A program made the translations under genes and the position numbers. From a virus: a stretch of DNA of 64,000 bases. Shown here one piece after another: positions 44,101 to 53,906 of the stretch. The number at the start of each line of letters is the position of its first letter. The first letter of the stretch is position 1. The stretch is from positions 1 through 64,000 of the IMG/VR virus record IMGVR_UViG_3300027971_000044, one strand, 5' to 3'. The notes under the pieces are model-generated. The model had not been told where the DNA came from. It ran no database searches and saw only the letters and a list, made by a program, of their open reading frames with translations.

Positions 44101-47100
44101 TAGATACATCTAGGGGTCCAGTAAGGGCTCATGCATCTACTTCGGTATCAATGATGGGGCATCACGTAAGAGATGCATACGGAGATCACCTCCCAGCTGG
44201 GATGGATGATTTTATAACAGCTTACCCAGATCAAGAATTATTAATTAAAGATGGTCAAATTTTAGGACTTTATAGAGAAGAGAATGATGCTCTAAGAGTT
44301 GGAAAACGCGGACTTACAAAACAAGAACTTATTAGAGCTTTAGACGTTCCAGAAAGTAGATTATTTAAACATTTACCAGGAATGGATGCACACACACAAT
44401 CTACTTTAAAAAGTGATTTATTACATTTTGCAAATCAATTACCAGAAGGGCAAATGTTTCATGATGATACATTATCAGATATTTTTGCTAAATCTAAAAA
44501 GAAAACATTTGTATCTTTACCTCCAGCATCAAAAGAATCTTTTAAATCAGTAATTCAAGCTGCTTCAAAGCCAAAATATATAACTCAGGGCTCTCTTGGT
44601 AATTTAATGACGGGTGATGAAGTTCAAATGGGTTCTAAAGAGGCTCGTGCTAAAGCAGCAGGATCAACAATGACTTTTACATCACCACAAAGAAAAGATG
44701 CAGTTATAGTTAATGGAAGAACGCACGAGTCTGGACAAACAAGAAGTTTTAGAAAATCAATACAAGATGATCCAAAAGCAGGTAGACCAAATCCAAGATT
44801 AATAAAAACTCCATTTGCAGAAAAAATGGCTCAAGCGGCAATGACCGCTAGATGGAGAAGATCTGGCGGAACAAGGTATCCATCTAAGGGTGGATTAATG
44901 TATATGGCAGACGGCGGAATGGTTCGAGGTTATGCAAATGGAGGAATGGCTCAGGCACCTCAATATTTTGTAGACGGAACAGATGATCCAGTAAAACCAG
45001 GAAGGATAACATTTGGGTCTGCTTACTCACAACAAAGAGAAAAGGGATTCGTCGGTAAGGGAATGGCTAGTGGACCTATGGCTGGTATGGGTATCGGCAT
45101 GGGCATGGGAATGGCTGGCGGAATGATGGGCGGACAAGCTGGACAAATAATGCAAATGGCATCTATTCTTCCAATGATGGCTCCAAATCTTTTATCTGGT
45201 ATTCCAAAGATGCTAGGAAACATATCTGGAGGATTAAAAGGAGTTGGCGGAGCCGCAGGCCTAGCTGGAAAAGCTATGGGAATGTTTGCAAATGCAGGAC
45301 CATTGCTTGCGCTTACTGCAGCAATAACTGTATCTTATTTAGCATTTAAAAAGTTTAAGCAAGAGCAAGAACAGAATAGAATTGAGCAGTCTAACTCGAT
45401 TGGAATTACTGAAAAGTCTGCAGCGGAAGCGGGAATTAAATATAATAACCTTTCTAATTCTATCAAGGCAGTTAATGATCAGCTTGAACTGACTAGAGCA
45501 AAAGGAAAGAATGCATATGAATCTCTTAACTCTTCAGGGGTACAAGGTTTAACTTTAAGCATAAAAGAGCTTAGAGATAATATCAAACAAGCTAAAACAG
45601 ATCAAAAAGAGCTAGTTGCCACATTTACAAATATTGATGAAGGCACAAAAGGACAAAGACAACAGAAAGTCCTGGATATTGCTACAAATTTAAAAACTCA
45701 AATGGTTGCTGCTGGCATGTCTGCTCAAGATGCAACAAATGAAATTTATTCAATTATATCTGCATCAGATAAAGCATCCATGGCATTTAATGCTATATCA
45801 AGTAAAGGTTTTAGAGAAATTATAGACGCAACAACTGCAGCAGATTCAATGATTACTAAGCTTGGTAAAAATATGAATACTCTAAGCGGAGAAGATCTTG
45901 GTAATGCTATTTCTAATACTGCAGTAGCTTTAGAAGGTAATTTTCAAAAATTGTTAAAGACTAAAGATGAAAATGGAAAAATCCTGACTCAACAAGAGGC
46001 CATGTCAAAAATGTTAAGCGATATTAACTCAAAGCAAGGATCTCAAACAACAATTACTCAAGGACAGATTGAAGCCCTTAAAAAAACACAACCAGAGTTA
46101 GCGGCAATACTTAATACTTCTGACAATGTTGCAGGAATGTATGCTAAATGGAGATTGCTTCTTTCTGGAGTTAGAACGGATTTAAGTCAAATAAGTTCAG
46201 AACAAGCTCAATCTCTTGCAACATTTGAGGCTGCATTAGATTCTGCTATATCAGCATCAGAAAAAACATCTTCAGGAAGTGGAGTTACATTTAAAGCTCA
46301 GTCTTCAATAGCGGCACTTCAAAAGTTAATTGCTGCGGGCGGACAAAAAGCAGCAGTAAATGCACAAAAAACTCAAGACCAGATTAAAGAAGAGATTAAG
46401 CTTATTGATAAAAAGATTGATAAGATTAATGAAGAGGCAGATGCTAGAAAGAAAGCCCTTGCTGCAACACAGTCTAAGGAAAATCTAGCACTTGAAATTC
46501 AAAAAGCTCAACTTGAATACGCCGACAAAATGGCTGCTGGAGATATGGCTGGAGCGGCACAAGCACAATTAAAGATAAAGCAGCTTGTTGGAGAAAGAGA
46601 AACTCAGAAAGCTATTGATGCAATTGAAGAGAATAGAGCAAAGCGTGAAAAGGCATTAATTGCTGAAAGAGAAAAGCTTCAGGCTTTATCAGATAAAGCT
46701 GCAAAAAATCTAACTAATGCTCAAAATAATGCTGCTTCTGCAACTGAAAGAATGAACAAGATTGATCAATATCAAAACGAGTATCAAAGAATTCAAAAAG
46801 AAAAAAATAGAGTCGATATAATTTTAGACAAAGATCCTGTTAACAAAGAAGCTTTAAAAGACAGGGACAATCTAGTAAGAGGGCCCTTGAGCAACCTTGC
46901 AAAACAAGTTTCTGCAGATGCTAAGGGTTCAGACAAAAATCTTGCAACAGAGATAAAGAAAATATTTACTGGAACTTTAATTGATAAAGACGGTAATTCA
47001 ACAGCTGGAAAAGTAATTTTACCTAGAACAAAAGTTGCTGGAGGCTATAAAGAGGGAGATGCAGATAAAGCCCTAGCAAAAGATGCCGCTATCTCTAAAG

Positions 47101-47735
47101 ACGCAGCAGAAAAAATTATGGGTGGAAAGTCTCTTGGAGATCTTTATAATGCATATATGGGAATTGGACCAGCTGGCTCAACTACATCAAAAACAGCACT
47201 TCCAATTGCTGAAGATAAAGCTAAGTACGGAGGCAATACAAATAAAGGTGGGCTTTCTCAAATTGCAAAAGAAACAATTGTTAGAGAAAACAAATTAAAG
47301 GTTGGACAATTTTTTGAATATGGCGGTAATACATATAAAGTAGCAGCTTCAAATTATATTGTAAATCAAGGCCCAACTCCTATTAAGAAATCATTAGGCG
47401 GACCATTTGCTGCTGGACAACTTATGCAAATAAATGATAGAATTAATCCGTTAGGTGCACAACAAGAAGGAATGATGATTAGACCTGATTTCTCAGGAGT
47501 AATTTATCCTAATGCCGCAACAATGCCACAATATAATATTCCTTCATATTCTACATCAAGTGGAATTAAGCAAGGCGGAGCAGGATCAAGCAACTCTAAT
47601 GTTACAATTAATGCTACACTTAATTTTGCAGAAGCTCCAAAGAACGGAAGACAGCTTTGGAAAGAATTTAAAGATATTGCTAGATCAGAGGGTGCAAAAG
47701 TTGGAGAGACAGTACTAGTGGGAGGAATGAATTAA
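41193..47735 (+). CDS. tape measure protein
   Basis: 2180 aa, helical Ala-rich; TP901-like core (NAVENQTSTSL.DL..AIPKAGP, EGANALKS); follows chaperones. Confidence 0.95.
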   Translation: MADENIVTNIVANADFSGLIADVNKVAASLSKLQAQIIQSDARLASQVATMNRSFGENLRRTGQFATHFVTLTSDVEKFGTNLDRGQMKLKQYFQTFSQHTKTQGGLIRDLAKQQVALQNAIIQPMGKNAQGLMQYSVHIPQGLDAIKNKTALAKQELQIMNKVIQDGGVQMINWGKNTQWAGRQLTVGLTVPLAAFGKAAADAFRMADAELVRLTKVYGGVAATSAAELGKVRREVTETARDIAKAYGVSFKDTITLAADIAATGKQGNELLASVKETSRLAVLGEVDRQDAMKATLAIQNTFKQNTDQLSESINFLNAVENQTSTSLADLIEAIPKAGPVIQGMGGSVKDLALYLTAMKEGGINAAEGANALKSALASLINPTKVATAKFADMGIDLGGIVSKNAGNLTETILELQKALDNLDPLQKQQAIEQLFGKFQFARLNALFSNLGKQGSQTLQVMDLMKASSQELAGVAGRELSMVTESASGKYRRAVEGLKADLAGVGEEFLKIQTFFINVVDGIIKFINKLPDPIKSLLTFVTGFTAIIGPVIMLTGVLANFFGYIIKGASHFRSLFKGGEGWKMLTPEILAAQKAGSLVEQTFYSDAKAATVLKTAIAGLVTEFELLQSKAMTGAVSAGPAISTVAGNLVSPGGMGRVVNPDHPLISPEDTRSMSHLNPVAGMTLDQKSQQTIFSTVPGAPKVNQKIGNNPQMYMSGDLPKIPGLTSIGGASTGIVAAEAAKWHAMTGALAMQSETEIALLKKEVQTTGLITSSLSDSYQALLPTMTKLTANAATESAAIVAELQAGKITVDQARSKIIQLNAQVESMIAQASIDIAGQQGRSIGLTTVPLLNQPVVNAAGKSNMKELLRPGRTRSLLNKIAGGLGVRTFGAGYSTETTIPKRFANGGVVYRGDGSDDPELQGPQFIPMGTDKIPAMLTEGEFVVTKEATAANLPVLQAMNNNPAPLKIDTSRGPVRAHASTSVSMMGHHVRDAYGDHLPAGMDDFITAYPDQELLIKDGQILGLYREENDALRVGKRGLTKQELIRALDVPESRLFKHLPGMDAHTQSTLKSDLLHFANQLPEGQMFHDDTLSDIFAKSKKKTFVSLPPASKESFKSVIQAASKPKYITQGSLGNLMTGDEVQMGSKEARAKAAGSTMTFTSPQRKDAVIVNGRTHESGQTRSFRKSIQDDPKAGRPNPRLIKTPFAEKMAQAAMTARWRRSGGTRYPSKGGLMYMADGGMVRGYANGGMAQAPQYFVDGTDDPVKPGRITFGSAYSQQREKGFVGKGMASGPMAGMGIGMGMGMAGGMMGGQAGQIMQMASILPMMAPNLLSGIPKMLGNISGGLKGVGGAAGLAGKAMGMFANAGPLLALTAAITVSYLAFKKFKQEQEQNRIEQSNSIGITEKSAAEAGIKYNNLSNSIKAVNDQLELTRAKGKNAYESLNSSGVQGLTLSIKELRDNIKQAKTDQKELVATFTNIDEGTKGQRQQKVLDIATNLKTQMVAAGMSAQDATNEIYSIISASDKASMAFNAISSKGFREIIDATTAADSMITKLGKNMNTLSGEDLGNAISNTAVALEGNFQKLLKTKDENGKILTQQEAMSKMLSDINSKQGSQTTITQGQIEALKKTQPELAAILNTSDNVAGMYAKWRLLLSGVRTDLSQISSEQAQSLATFEAALDSAISASEKTSSGSGVTFKAQSSIAALQKLIAAGGQKAAVNAQKTQDQIKEEIKLIDKKIDKINEEADARKKALAATQSKENLALEIQKAQLEYADKMAAGDMAGAAQAQLKIKQLVGERETQKAIDAIEENRAKREKALIAEREKLQALSDKAAKNLTNAQNNAASATERMNKIDQYQNEYQRIQKEKNRVDIILDKDPVNKEALKDRDNLVRGPLSNLAKQVSADAKGSDKNLATEIKKIFTGTLIDKDGNSTAGKVILPRTKVAGGYKEGDADKALAKDAAISKDAAEKIMGGKSLGDLYNAYMGIGPAGSTTSKTALPIAEDKAKYGGNTNKGGLSQIAKETIVRENKLKVGQFFEYGGNTYKVAASNYIVNQGPTPIKKSLGGPFAAGQLMQINDRINPLGAQQEGMMIRPDFSGVIYPNAATMPQYNIPSYSTSSGIKQGGAGSSNSNVTINATLNFAEAPKNGRQLWKEFKDIARSEGAKVGETVLVGGMN

Positions 47736-48217
47736 TGGCAAGCACAGTATATTTACCAGTAGGTTCACTTCTATATATTGACACCTCTACTACAGATACC
47801 CCGACATGGGTAAAGCTTTCAGAACATAACAGACAGCCAATGTCTATTGGACAAAACCGTATTCAAAAAGTAACTAGAATGAGCAATGGAACACTTAGAA
47901 AGTTTTTTATTGCAGATAAAAGAGAATTTAGCACATCATGGAATATGCTTCCATCATTTTCAAATATGACAGTAGATGCAGGATATGGAGCGGTAGATTT
48001 AAAATCATATTTTGAGGGAACTAAAGGACAAGGCGTATTTAAACTTAAGATAGTATATGGTAAGAATCAAACGACACCATTTGCGGATAGAGAAGAAATA
48101 TTTACGGTGTCTTTTACATCTTGCAGTTTTGAGGTAATAAAGAGAAACGTTAAAAATTTGTCAGCTGATCCAGCTCAAGAATTTTGGAATGTTTCTATTG
48201 CAATGGAGCAGGTATAA
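47735..48217 (+). CDS. distal tail/minor tail protein
   Basis: RMSNGTLRKFFIADKR.F..SW..LPS; directly after TMP. Confidence 0.75.
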   Translation: MASTVYLPVGSLLYIDTSTTDTPTWVKLSEHNRQPMSIGQNRIQKVTRMSNGTLRKFFIADKREFSTSWNMLPSFSNMTVDAGYGAVDLKSYFEGTKGQGVFKLKIVYGKNQTTPFADREEIFTVSFTSCSFEVIKRNVKNLSADPAQEFWNVSIAMEQV

Positions 48218-50466
48218 TGATTACCTCAGTTCCATCTACGAATAATACTGTCGTACAGAATTTATTTAAGCAGCAATCATCAGTTAAGATAAACACAGGC
48301 TGCACAATAGAATATAACATGAACTCTATGCTTGATAACATTACTGTTACATACCCATCTACCATGGATCAATATTATGCTAAATCTGAAAATGGTAAAG
48401 TAAATACTTACAAAAAGCTTTTTCCAATAGATTCAATTATTAAACCTTTTCGTCCACTTTACTCTGGAGTAAAGTATTTGATTTGGACAACAGCACAAAC
48501 AGATACTCCAGCAAATAGTTTTTATTCACCCAAGACATTAATTTATCCAAGAGCAACATCCCCACAAACAGATGGATATGAGTCTGCAGTTGCAACACTA
48601 TACCCAAGAGTTTACTATCCTGGAGTAACAACTGCATATAAATATTGGGTTACGCCAATAAATCAAAACGCAGATTTAACTGTTACATACTCTCTTGTTT
48701 CCGCAACAATTAAAGAAGCATCCTCTTCTGGGTCTATTGTAACTTATAAAACATTGAATAACCATGGGCTATCTTCTGGACAAACGGTTACTATTACTGG
48801 CCTATCAACATCTGCTTTTAATTTATCAGCAAGCGTAATTGCTTCTACTCCAAGCCCTACATCTTTTACTATTGCATCATCTGCAACAGGAGCTTGGGCA
48901 AGGGAGCAATCAGCAACGGCAACATTATCTGCAGCAACAAAACCTGCCGTATCAAATAAAATTGTTGCAAGATTTGAAAAAACACATGCCCTTCCAAGCA
49001 ACTACACAATGACAATTACATATTCAGACGCAACAACAGCAACGGTTGGGCCATCTACCGTAGATGCATCAGGTCAGGTCGTACTGTATTACAACGGAAC
49101 TACTTGGACTACAACAGAGCCTTCTTCATATGCTACTCCTAAACTAATTAAATCAATTCGGCTTCAAGCAACAAACCCAGGCGGCGGGAAAGTATTAGGT
49201 GTTATTGAGCTATCAGCAAGATGGATAAAGGATATATCATCGGATATAGTTTCACTTGATATACAAAAAGAATCCTCTGCCAGCTCAGAAGATATATTAC
49301 CAGTCGGTAAAATTACTGCAAACAGCCTAAGTCTGGATGTAGTTAAATATAATCAATCTAGTCTTGAATATGTTTCATATAATAGAGCATCAGATTTTGA
49401 TATAACAAAGTCTTACTTAGTAAAAAATGCTGAGCTTAAGCCATATTTTTCAGTATATCATTCTGCAGGAACATATGGATCTGCAGGAGAATTATACGAT
49501 AAAGTTCCACAAGGGTCTTACTATATAGACTCATGGAGCATAGGAGATACTGGGGAGGTGTCTTTAAATGCTTTAGATGCTGCCAAATATTTAATGGATA
49601 CATTAGCCCCAGATATTTTATGCGAGTCATACCCAGTAACTAGCATTATAAGAAGACTACTAGACTCAGTAGGATTTACAAGTTATGAAATTAGAACTGC
49701 AACAGATGATAAGTCTATCCCAGTTATTAATTACTGGTGGACAAACGGATCAAAAACAGTTTGGCAATGCCTTCAGGAATTATGCCGTGACATACAGATG
49801 AATGCATTTTTTGATGAAAATAATATATTACAGTTTGCAAGCCGTGATTATATATATAATAAAAGTTCGATAGACTGGGCTTTTACTTATGATGCAGATG
49901 GAACAACCCTTCCTAATATAATTGATTTTAATAAACAAGAAATTCCTTCTGCAAATCAAGTTAAAATTTTATGGCAAAGTCAGTTAACATCCAACTATGC
50001 TGGTAACTCAGGAGACCTGTGGACTGATGAAGTTTCTTACCTAAGCGCTGGTGGTTTAAGATCTGACATTGCTGCGGACACATCACCAGAAAATACTATT
50101 CTAGCGGTAGATGTAGAAACACTAGATCAATATAGTAATGCAACCTTGTATAACTACGCGGGTTATGTTATGATTGATTCAGAAATAATTGAATATGATG
50201 CAATACAGTATCAATACACACCAATTGGCTCATACACATCCCAAAATGTTTGGGTTGCTTCCTCGTCAGATGTAAATAAATATAGGCATTTATCTAAGCC
50301 AGGATATTCGGATATAAATAAGCCAGCAGAATCTGCATACTTTAGACCAACAGGATTATATAGAGTAAAGACAAGAGGAGCGTTTGGAACTACATCAGCG
50401 TACCACGCAGCCTCCTCACTTACTGGGCTAGCGGACTGGTCTCAAAGAAAGGCTACGTGGGAATAA
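48217..50466 (+). CDS. baseplate hub/minor tail protein, N-terminal part
   Basis: Start at TAATG overlap; LPVGKITANS.SL, TVWQ.LQELC...Q..AFFDE.N.LQF. Confidence 0.75.
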   Translation: MITSVPSTNNTVVQNLFKQQSSVKINTGCTIEYNMNSMLDNITVTYPSTMDQYYAKSENGKVNTYKKLFPIDSIIKPFRPLYSGVKYLIWTTAQTDTPANSFYSPKTLIYPRATSPQTDGYESAVATLYPRVYYPGVTTAYKYWVTPINQNADLTVTYSLVSATIKEASSSGSIVTYKTLNNHGLSSGQTVTITGLSTSAFNLSASVIASTPSPTSFTIASSATGAWAREQSATATLSAATKPAVSNKIVARFEKTHALPSNYTMTITYSDATTATVGPSTVDASGQVVLYYNGTTWTTTEPSSYATPKLIKSIRLQATNPGGGKVLGVIELSARWIKDISSDIVSLDIQKESSASSEDILPVGKITANSLSLDVVKYNQSSLEYVSYNRASDFDITKSYLVKNAELKPYFSVYHSAGTYGSAGELYDKVPQGSYYIDSWSIGDTGEVSLNALDAAKYLMDTLAPDILCESYPVTSIIRRLLDSVGFTSYEIRTATDDKSIPVINYWWTNGSKTVWQCLQELCRDIQMNAFFDENNILQFASRDYIYNKSSIDWAFTYDADGTTLPNIIDFNKQEIPSANQVKILWQSQLTSNYAGNSGDLWTDEVSYLSAGGLRSDIAADTSPENTILAVDVETLDQYSNATLYNYAGYVMIDSEIIEYDAIQYQYTPIGSYTSQNVWVASSSDVNKYRHLSKPGYSDINKPAESAYFRPTGLYRVKTRGAFGTTSAYHAASSLTGLADWSQRKATWE

Positions 50467-52178
50467 TGAGTGCATATAGAGAGTATGAAAGTTACATTCC
50501 TCAGTCAACTACCAATATTGGTGCCATACCAGAAATAACTTTTGTTTCAACATCATCAATTTCTGTAAAAATTTCTAAAACAAACATGACGGTAGAACCA
50601 GCAAGCTATTCTGTAACATACTATAAATTAGATTCAGTCGGAGTTATTGTCTCTGGCACCTCTCAAACGGTAACAAAAACTGAAAATCCATTTACAATAA
50701 GTGATCTTTCAACAAATCAATCCTATGGAATTTCTGTAAAAGCAAGCAACGGCAGCACGTTCGGCAATACTGTATATCGATCATTTGCAACTCCAATTGA
50801 GTATAATGTTGCAGGATATAAAGGCACTGTTGTAGATATTAATAAAGCCGCAGCCGCAAAATCATTTTTAAGAATGTCTAACAGCTCAACTAGTCCAAAA
50901 GAATATTCTGTTGCGTATAGAACATTTACTGCAATAACATTACCAACAACTACTTTCTCATATGCTGGACTACCTTCTTATATTCAAGAAGCAATAAATT
51001 CATACTCAACAAGCCATTACGCATTTGGTACAAAGATGTTCTTAGAGTCTATTATTGATAGAACAAAACAGTCTGCAGGGTTTGGATTCTTTGTAGACGG
51101 TCAGGGAAATGACGGATATTATATCTTAATTGACAGCACAGAAACAGCAGGTGCCGTTAATAAAAAAGAAGTCAGGATATGTAAAGTAAAAGGCGGAGAT
51201 ATACGTGTATTAAATGACACTCAAAAAAATACAGTAACAAGTCTTAATGGGGTATACGGCGGAAGATCTTATGATATTGATGTTAAGGTTAAAGTAAATC
51301 TATCAACCGTAAAGATAAATGTATATATAAACGGATTTTTAATTACAGCAACAGACAGCTCTGGAGTGTATGAGGATGAAAATGGAAAAAGCTCTGTCAA
51401 CCAAATATTAAAACCAACAAAAACAATTGCCATAGTTTGTAAATATGGAGAGGCTATATTTGATTATGTCTACGGAACGGACATTTTAGAAAAATCATAT
51501 AACGACTCTGAATTTGTAAGCAACATGTACAGAGGATCCTTTTCCAACGACTATTTAAATACTGGGTTTGGAGATATTATATATAATAACTCAATAGAAG
51601 AAGATAATCAATTAAAACCAGTGGGCCTTGATGAGTTTGGTACATCGGTTAGAGAAATTAGAAAGGTATCTTTAAGATATAATAGCGCACCAGCATACCC
51701 TATTAAATTTTCAACAGGCCTGAATACATCGGTAAAACTCCTTGGCTCAAAGCTTAGCAATTTTGGAGGAGAGGCCTATGTCCTTAATAACAGCTCAGCG
51801 CTTACCCCACTAAATGATGAAAAGGCTGCAACTTTTTATTTGTATGGAGACACTATTGCCCCATCTGGAACCCTAGAGTATAATTCCGACATATTGTCTG
51901 ATTATATAAATCAGGAGCCAGTAGTATTTGAGTCCTCGTGGCTACAGAACCTTTCAGATGTAGAGGCTTTAGGCACATGGATTAAAAATAATATTGTAAA
52001 TAAAGGTAAGCTAATTAATTTATCAGTTTTTGGAAACCCATTTATTGCAGTTGGCGACATAGTCTCTGTCAAGTATTCATATCAGGGGTTAGACGGCACA
52101 CAAAAATTTATAGTTACAAATGTTAGACATACGTTTAGCGAAGGTCTAGATACGGAGATCACATGTCGATCCTTATAG
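50466..52178 (+). CDS. baseplate hub/minor tail protein, C-terminal part (FN3 + lectin-like)
   Basis: Start at TAATG overlap; DEFG..VRE, SSWLQ, FGNPFIAVGDIV.V.Y hub C-terminal motif. Confidence 0.75.
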   Translation: MSAYREYESYIPQSTTNIGAIPEITFVSTSSISVKISKTNMTVEPASYSVTYYKLDSVGVIVSGTSQTVTKTENPFTISDLSTNQSYGISVKASNGSTFGNTVYRSFATPIEYNVAGYKGTVVDINKAAAAKSFLRMSNSSTSPKEYSVAYRTFTAITLPTTTFSYAGLPSYIQEAINSYSTSHYAFGTKMFLESIIDRTKQSAGFGFFVDGQGNDGYYILIDSTETAGAVNKKEVRICKVKGGDIRVLNDTQKNTVTSLNGVYGGRSYDIDVKVKVNLSTVKINVYINGFLITATDSSGVYEDENGKSSVNQILKPTKTIAIVCKYGEAIFDYVYGTDILEKSYNDSEFVSNMYRGSFSNDYLNTGFGDIIYNNSIEEDNQLKPVGLDEFGTSVREIRKVSLRYNSAPAYPIKFSTGLNTSVKLLGSKLSNFGGEAYVLNNSSALTPLNDEKAATFYLYGDTIAPSGTLEYNSDILSDYINQEPVVFESSWLQNLSDVEALGTWIKNNIVNKGKLINLSVFGNPFIAVGDIVSVKYSYQGLDGTQKFIVTNVRHTFSEGLDTEITCRSL

Positions 52179-52202
52179 TCGACTAAATGATATAATAATA
52201 AA

Positions 52203-52973
52203 ATGACACAAGACAATAATAGAGTTGACGGAAAATCAGTTGTTACTGGTCCTCCCATTGTTTTGCCAAAAAATTCTCCAGATCGTGTCTTTGTAAGACG
52301 AACAGTTGGAATAGATATTGATGAAGGGAATTCTTCTAATTTAGTTTCTCCATTTTCTATAGGAGTAGGTTCGGGAGGATCAGGCGGATCCACTCCAGCA
52401 GATCCAAATCTTCCAGTAGTAATAAATGATATCCCACAATTAACAGACATTGAAAATATTACTTATCAGCAATACTATGACACTTTTAATTCAATAAGAA
52501 TTAAAGCAATTATTAAAATTAGAAACTCTAGCAAAAATAAAGCAAATGTAATTGGAGTAGATGCAAGAAATGAACCTAGGGGGCAAGCAGTATCAACTGC
52601 AACAGCAACTCCCATAGGATTTAAAATGCCTTCTCCCAATGTCCCATCTGTTAAATTTGATAGAACGGGAACCGCAGTAGCATGGGGCTGGGACAATGTA
52701 ACTGGTCTTGGATCATATCAATCAGTTAGCTATGAATGGGAAATTAGATCCGCATCTAGTGTAACAAGCACAAAAATAAGTTCTGGGATTAAGTCATATG
52801 TATCTGATGCTACACTAGCAATAGGAAATAGCGGAGTAAATAAAGATTACAGGGTTAGTTCTGCACAAGGAGACACTGCTGCAACTGCTTCTGAAAGATG
52901 GCTAAGGGTAAGAGTTGTTATTGTTGCAACGGACGGCAAAACATATTATTCAGGATATTCTACACCACTCTAA
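52203..52973 (+). CDS. minor tail protein
   Basis: FN3-like C-terminus; TGATATAAT ends 6 nt upstream. Confidence 0.65.
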   Translation: MTQDNNRVDGKSVVTGPPIVLPKNSPDRVFVRRTVGIDIDEGNSSNLVSPFSIGVGSGGSGGSTPADPNLPVVINDIPQLTDIENITYQQYYDTFNSIRIKAIIKIRNSSKNKANVIGVDARNEPRGQAVSTATATPIGFKMPSPNVPSVKFDRTGTAVAWGWDNVTGLGSYQSVSYEWEIRSASSVTSTKISSGIKSYVSDATLAIGNSGVNKDYRVSSAQGDTAATASERWLRVRVVIVATDGKTYYSGYSTPL

Positions 52974-52981
52974 GGGGAATC

Positions 52982-53905
52982 ATGTTAAAGGGAACATATA
53001 TATATTACGAAAACGGACAAGAAGTATACAGATCCGAAAATGTCATTACCAAATATGGTAAAAGATTTTTAACAAGCTTTTTAGCGGGAAGAGATTCTTT
53101 TTCATCAAAGTCAATGGCGTTTGGTATTGATAGCACTGCCGCATTAGATACAAACACAAGGTTAGGATTTGAATTCTATAGAACTCCAGTCTTGTTTGGA
53201 AGCACCGACATACAAACATTAAATGATGCAACAACATATTCTATAGTTTATAAAGCAACAATCCCACAAGATGTTGCAGGATACATTACAGAAGTTGGGC
53301 TATATCCAGAATATAAAGAATCTTTAAGCTCTTATGATAGCAAATTTATAGCAGATTTTGATAATCAATTAGACTGGACAAATGCACCATCAATAACAAC
53401 AACAAGTGCTAGGGTTGGTCAGTACCTTTTAAACATGTCATCTAACGGAACATCTGCAAAAGAGTATAAAACAAATGTACAGGCAATAGACCTTTCGGGC
53501 TATAGCGTAAATGATACTTTAAAGCTAGCGTATGTAAAAAATGATGCTAATCTACAAAACATTATTATTAAATTTTATAGCTCATCTGTAGACTACTATT
53601 CAGTAACCGTAACTCCAGCCTCTGGGACTGGATATAAAATATCTTCTGATATAACATTAAATAATTTATTTTCAAATGCTAGCACATTAAACGTTGATCC
53701 ATCTAATATTAATCAAATTGCAGTAACCATAACACCAGTATCTGGCCAATCAACCTCAGTTGGGCTAGATGGTTTAAGAATTAATGACGAAGATACTTTT
53801 GACCCAAATTTTGGTTTAATTAGTCGTTCAGTATTAACAACACCATTAGTAAAATTAGCTGGAAGGCAAGTAGACGTAGAATATAGATTGGATCTAGGAT
53901 TCTAA
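52982..53905 (+). CDS. baseplate/minor tail protein
   Basis: Start MLKGTY with SD AAGGGG; NVITKYGKRF, LGFEFYR.P, EVGLYP, VEYRL. Confidence 0.75.
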   Translation: MLKGTYIYYENGQEVYRSENVITKYGKRFLTSFLAGRDSFSSKSMAFGIDSTAALDTNTRLGFEFYRTPVLFGSTDIQTLNDATTYSIVYKATIPQDVAGYITEVGLYPEYKESLSSYDSKFIADFDNQLDWTNAPSITTTSARVGQYLLNMSSNGTSAKEYKTNVQAIDLSGYSVNDTLKLAYVKNDANLQNIIIKFYSSSVDYYSVTVTPASGTGYKISSDITLNNLFSNASTLNVDPSNINQIAVTITPVSGQSTSVGLDGLRINDEDTFDPNFGLISRSVLTTPLVKLAGRQVDVEYRLDLGF

Positions 53906-53906
53906 T

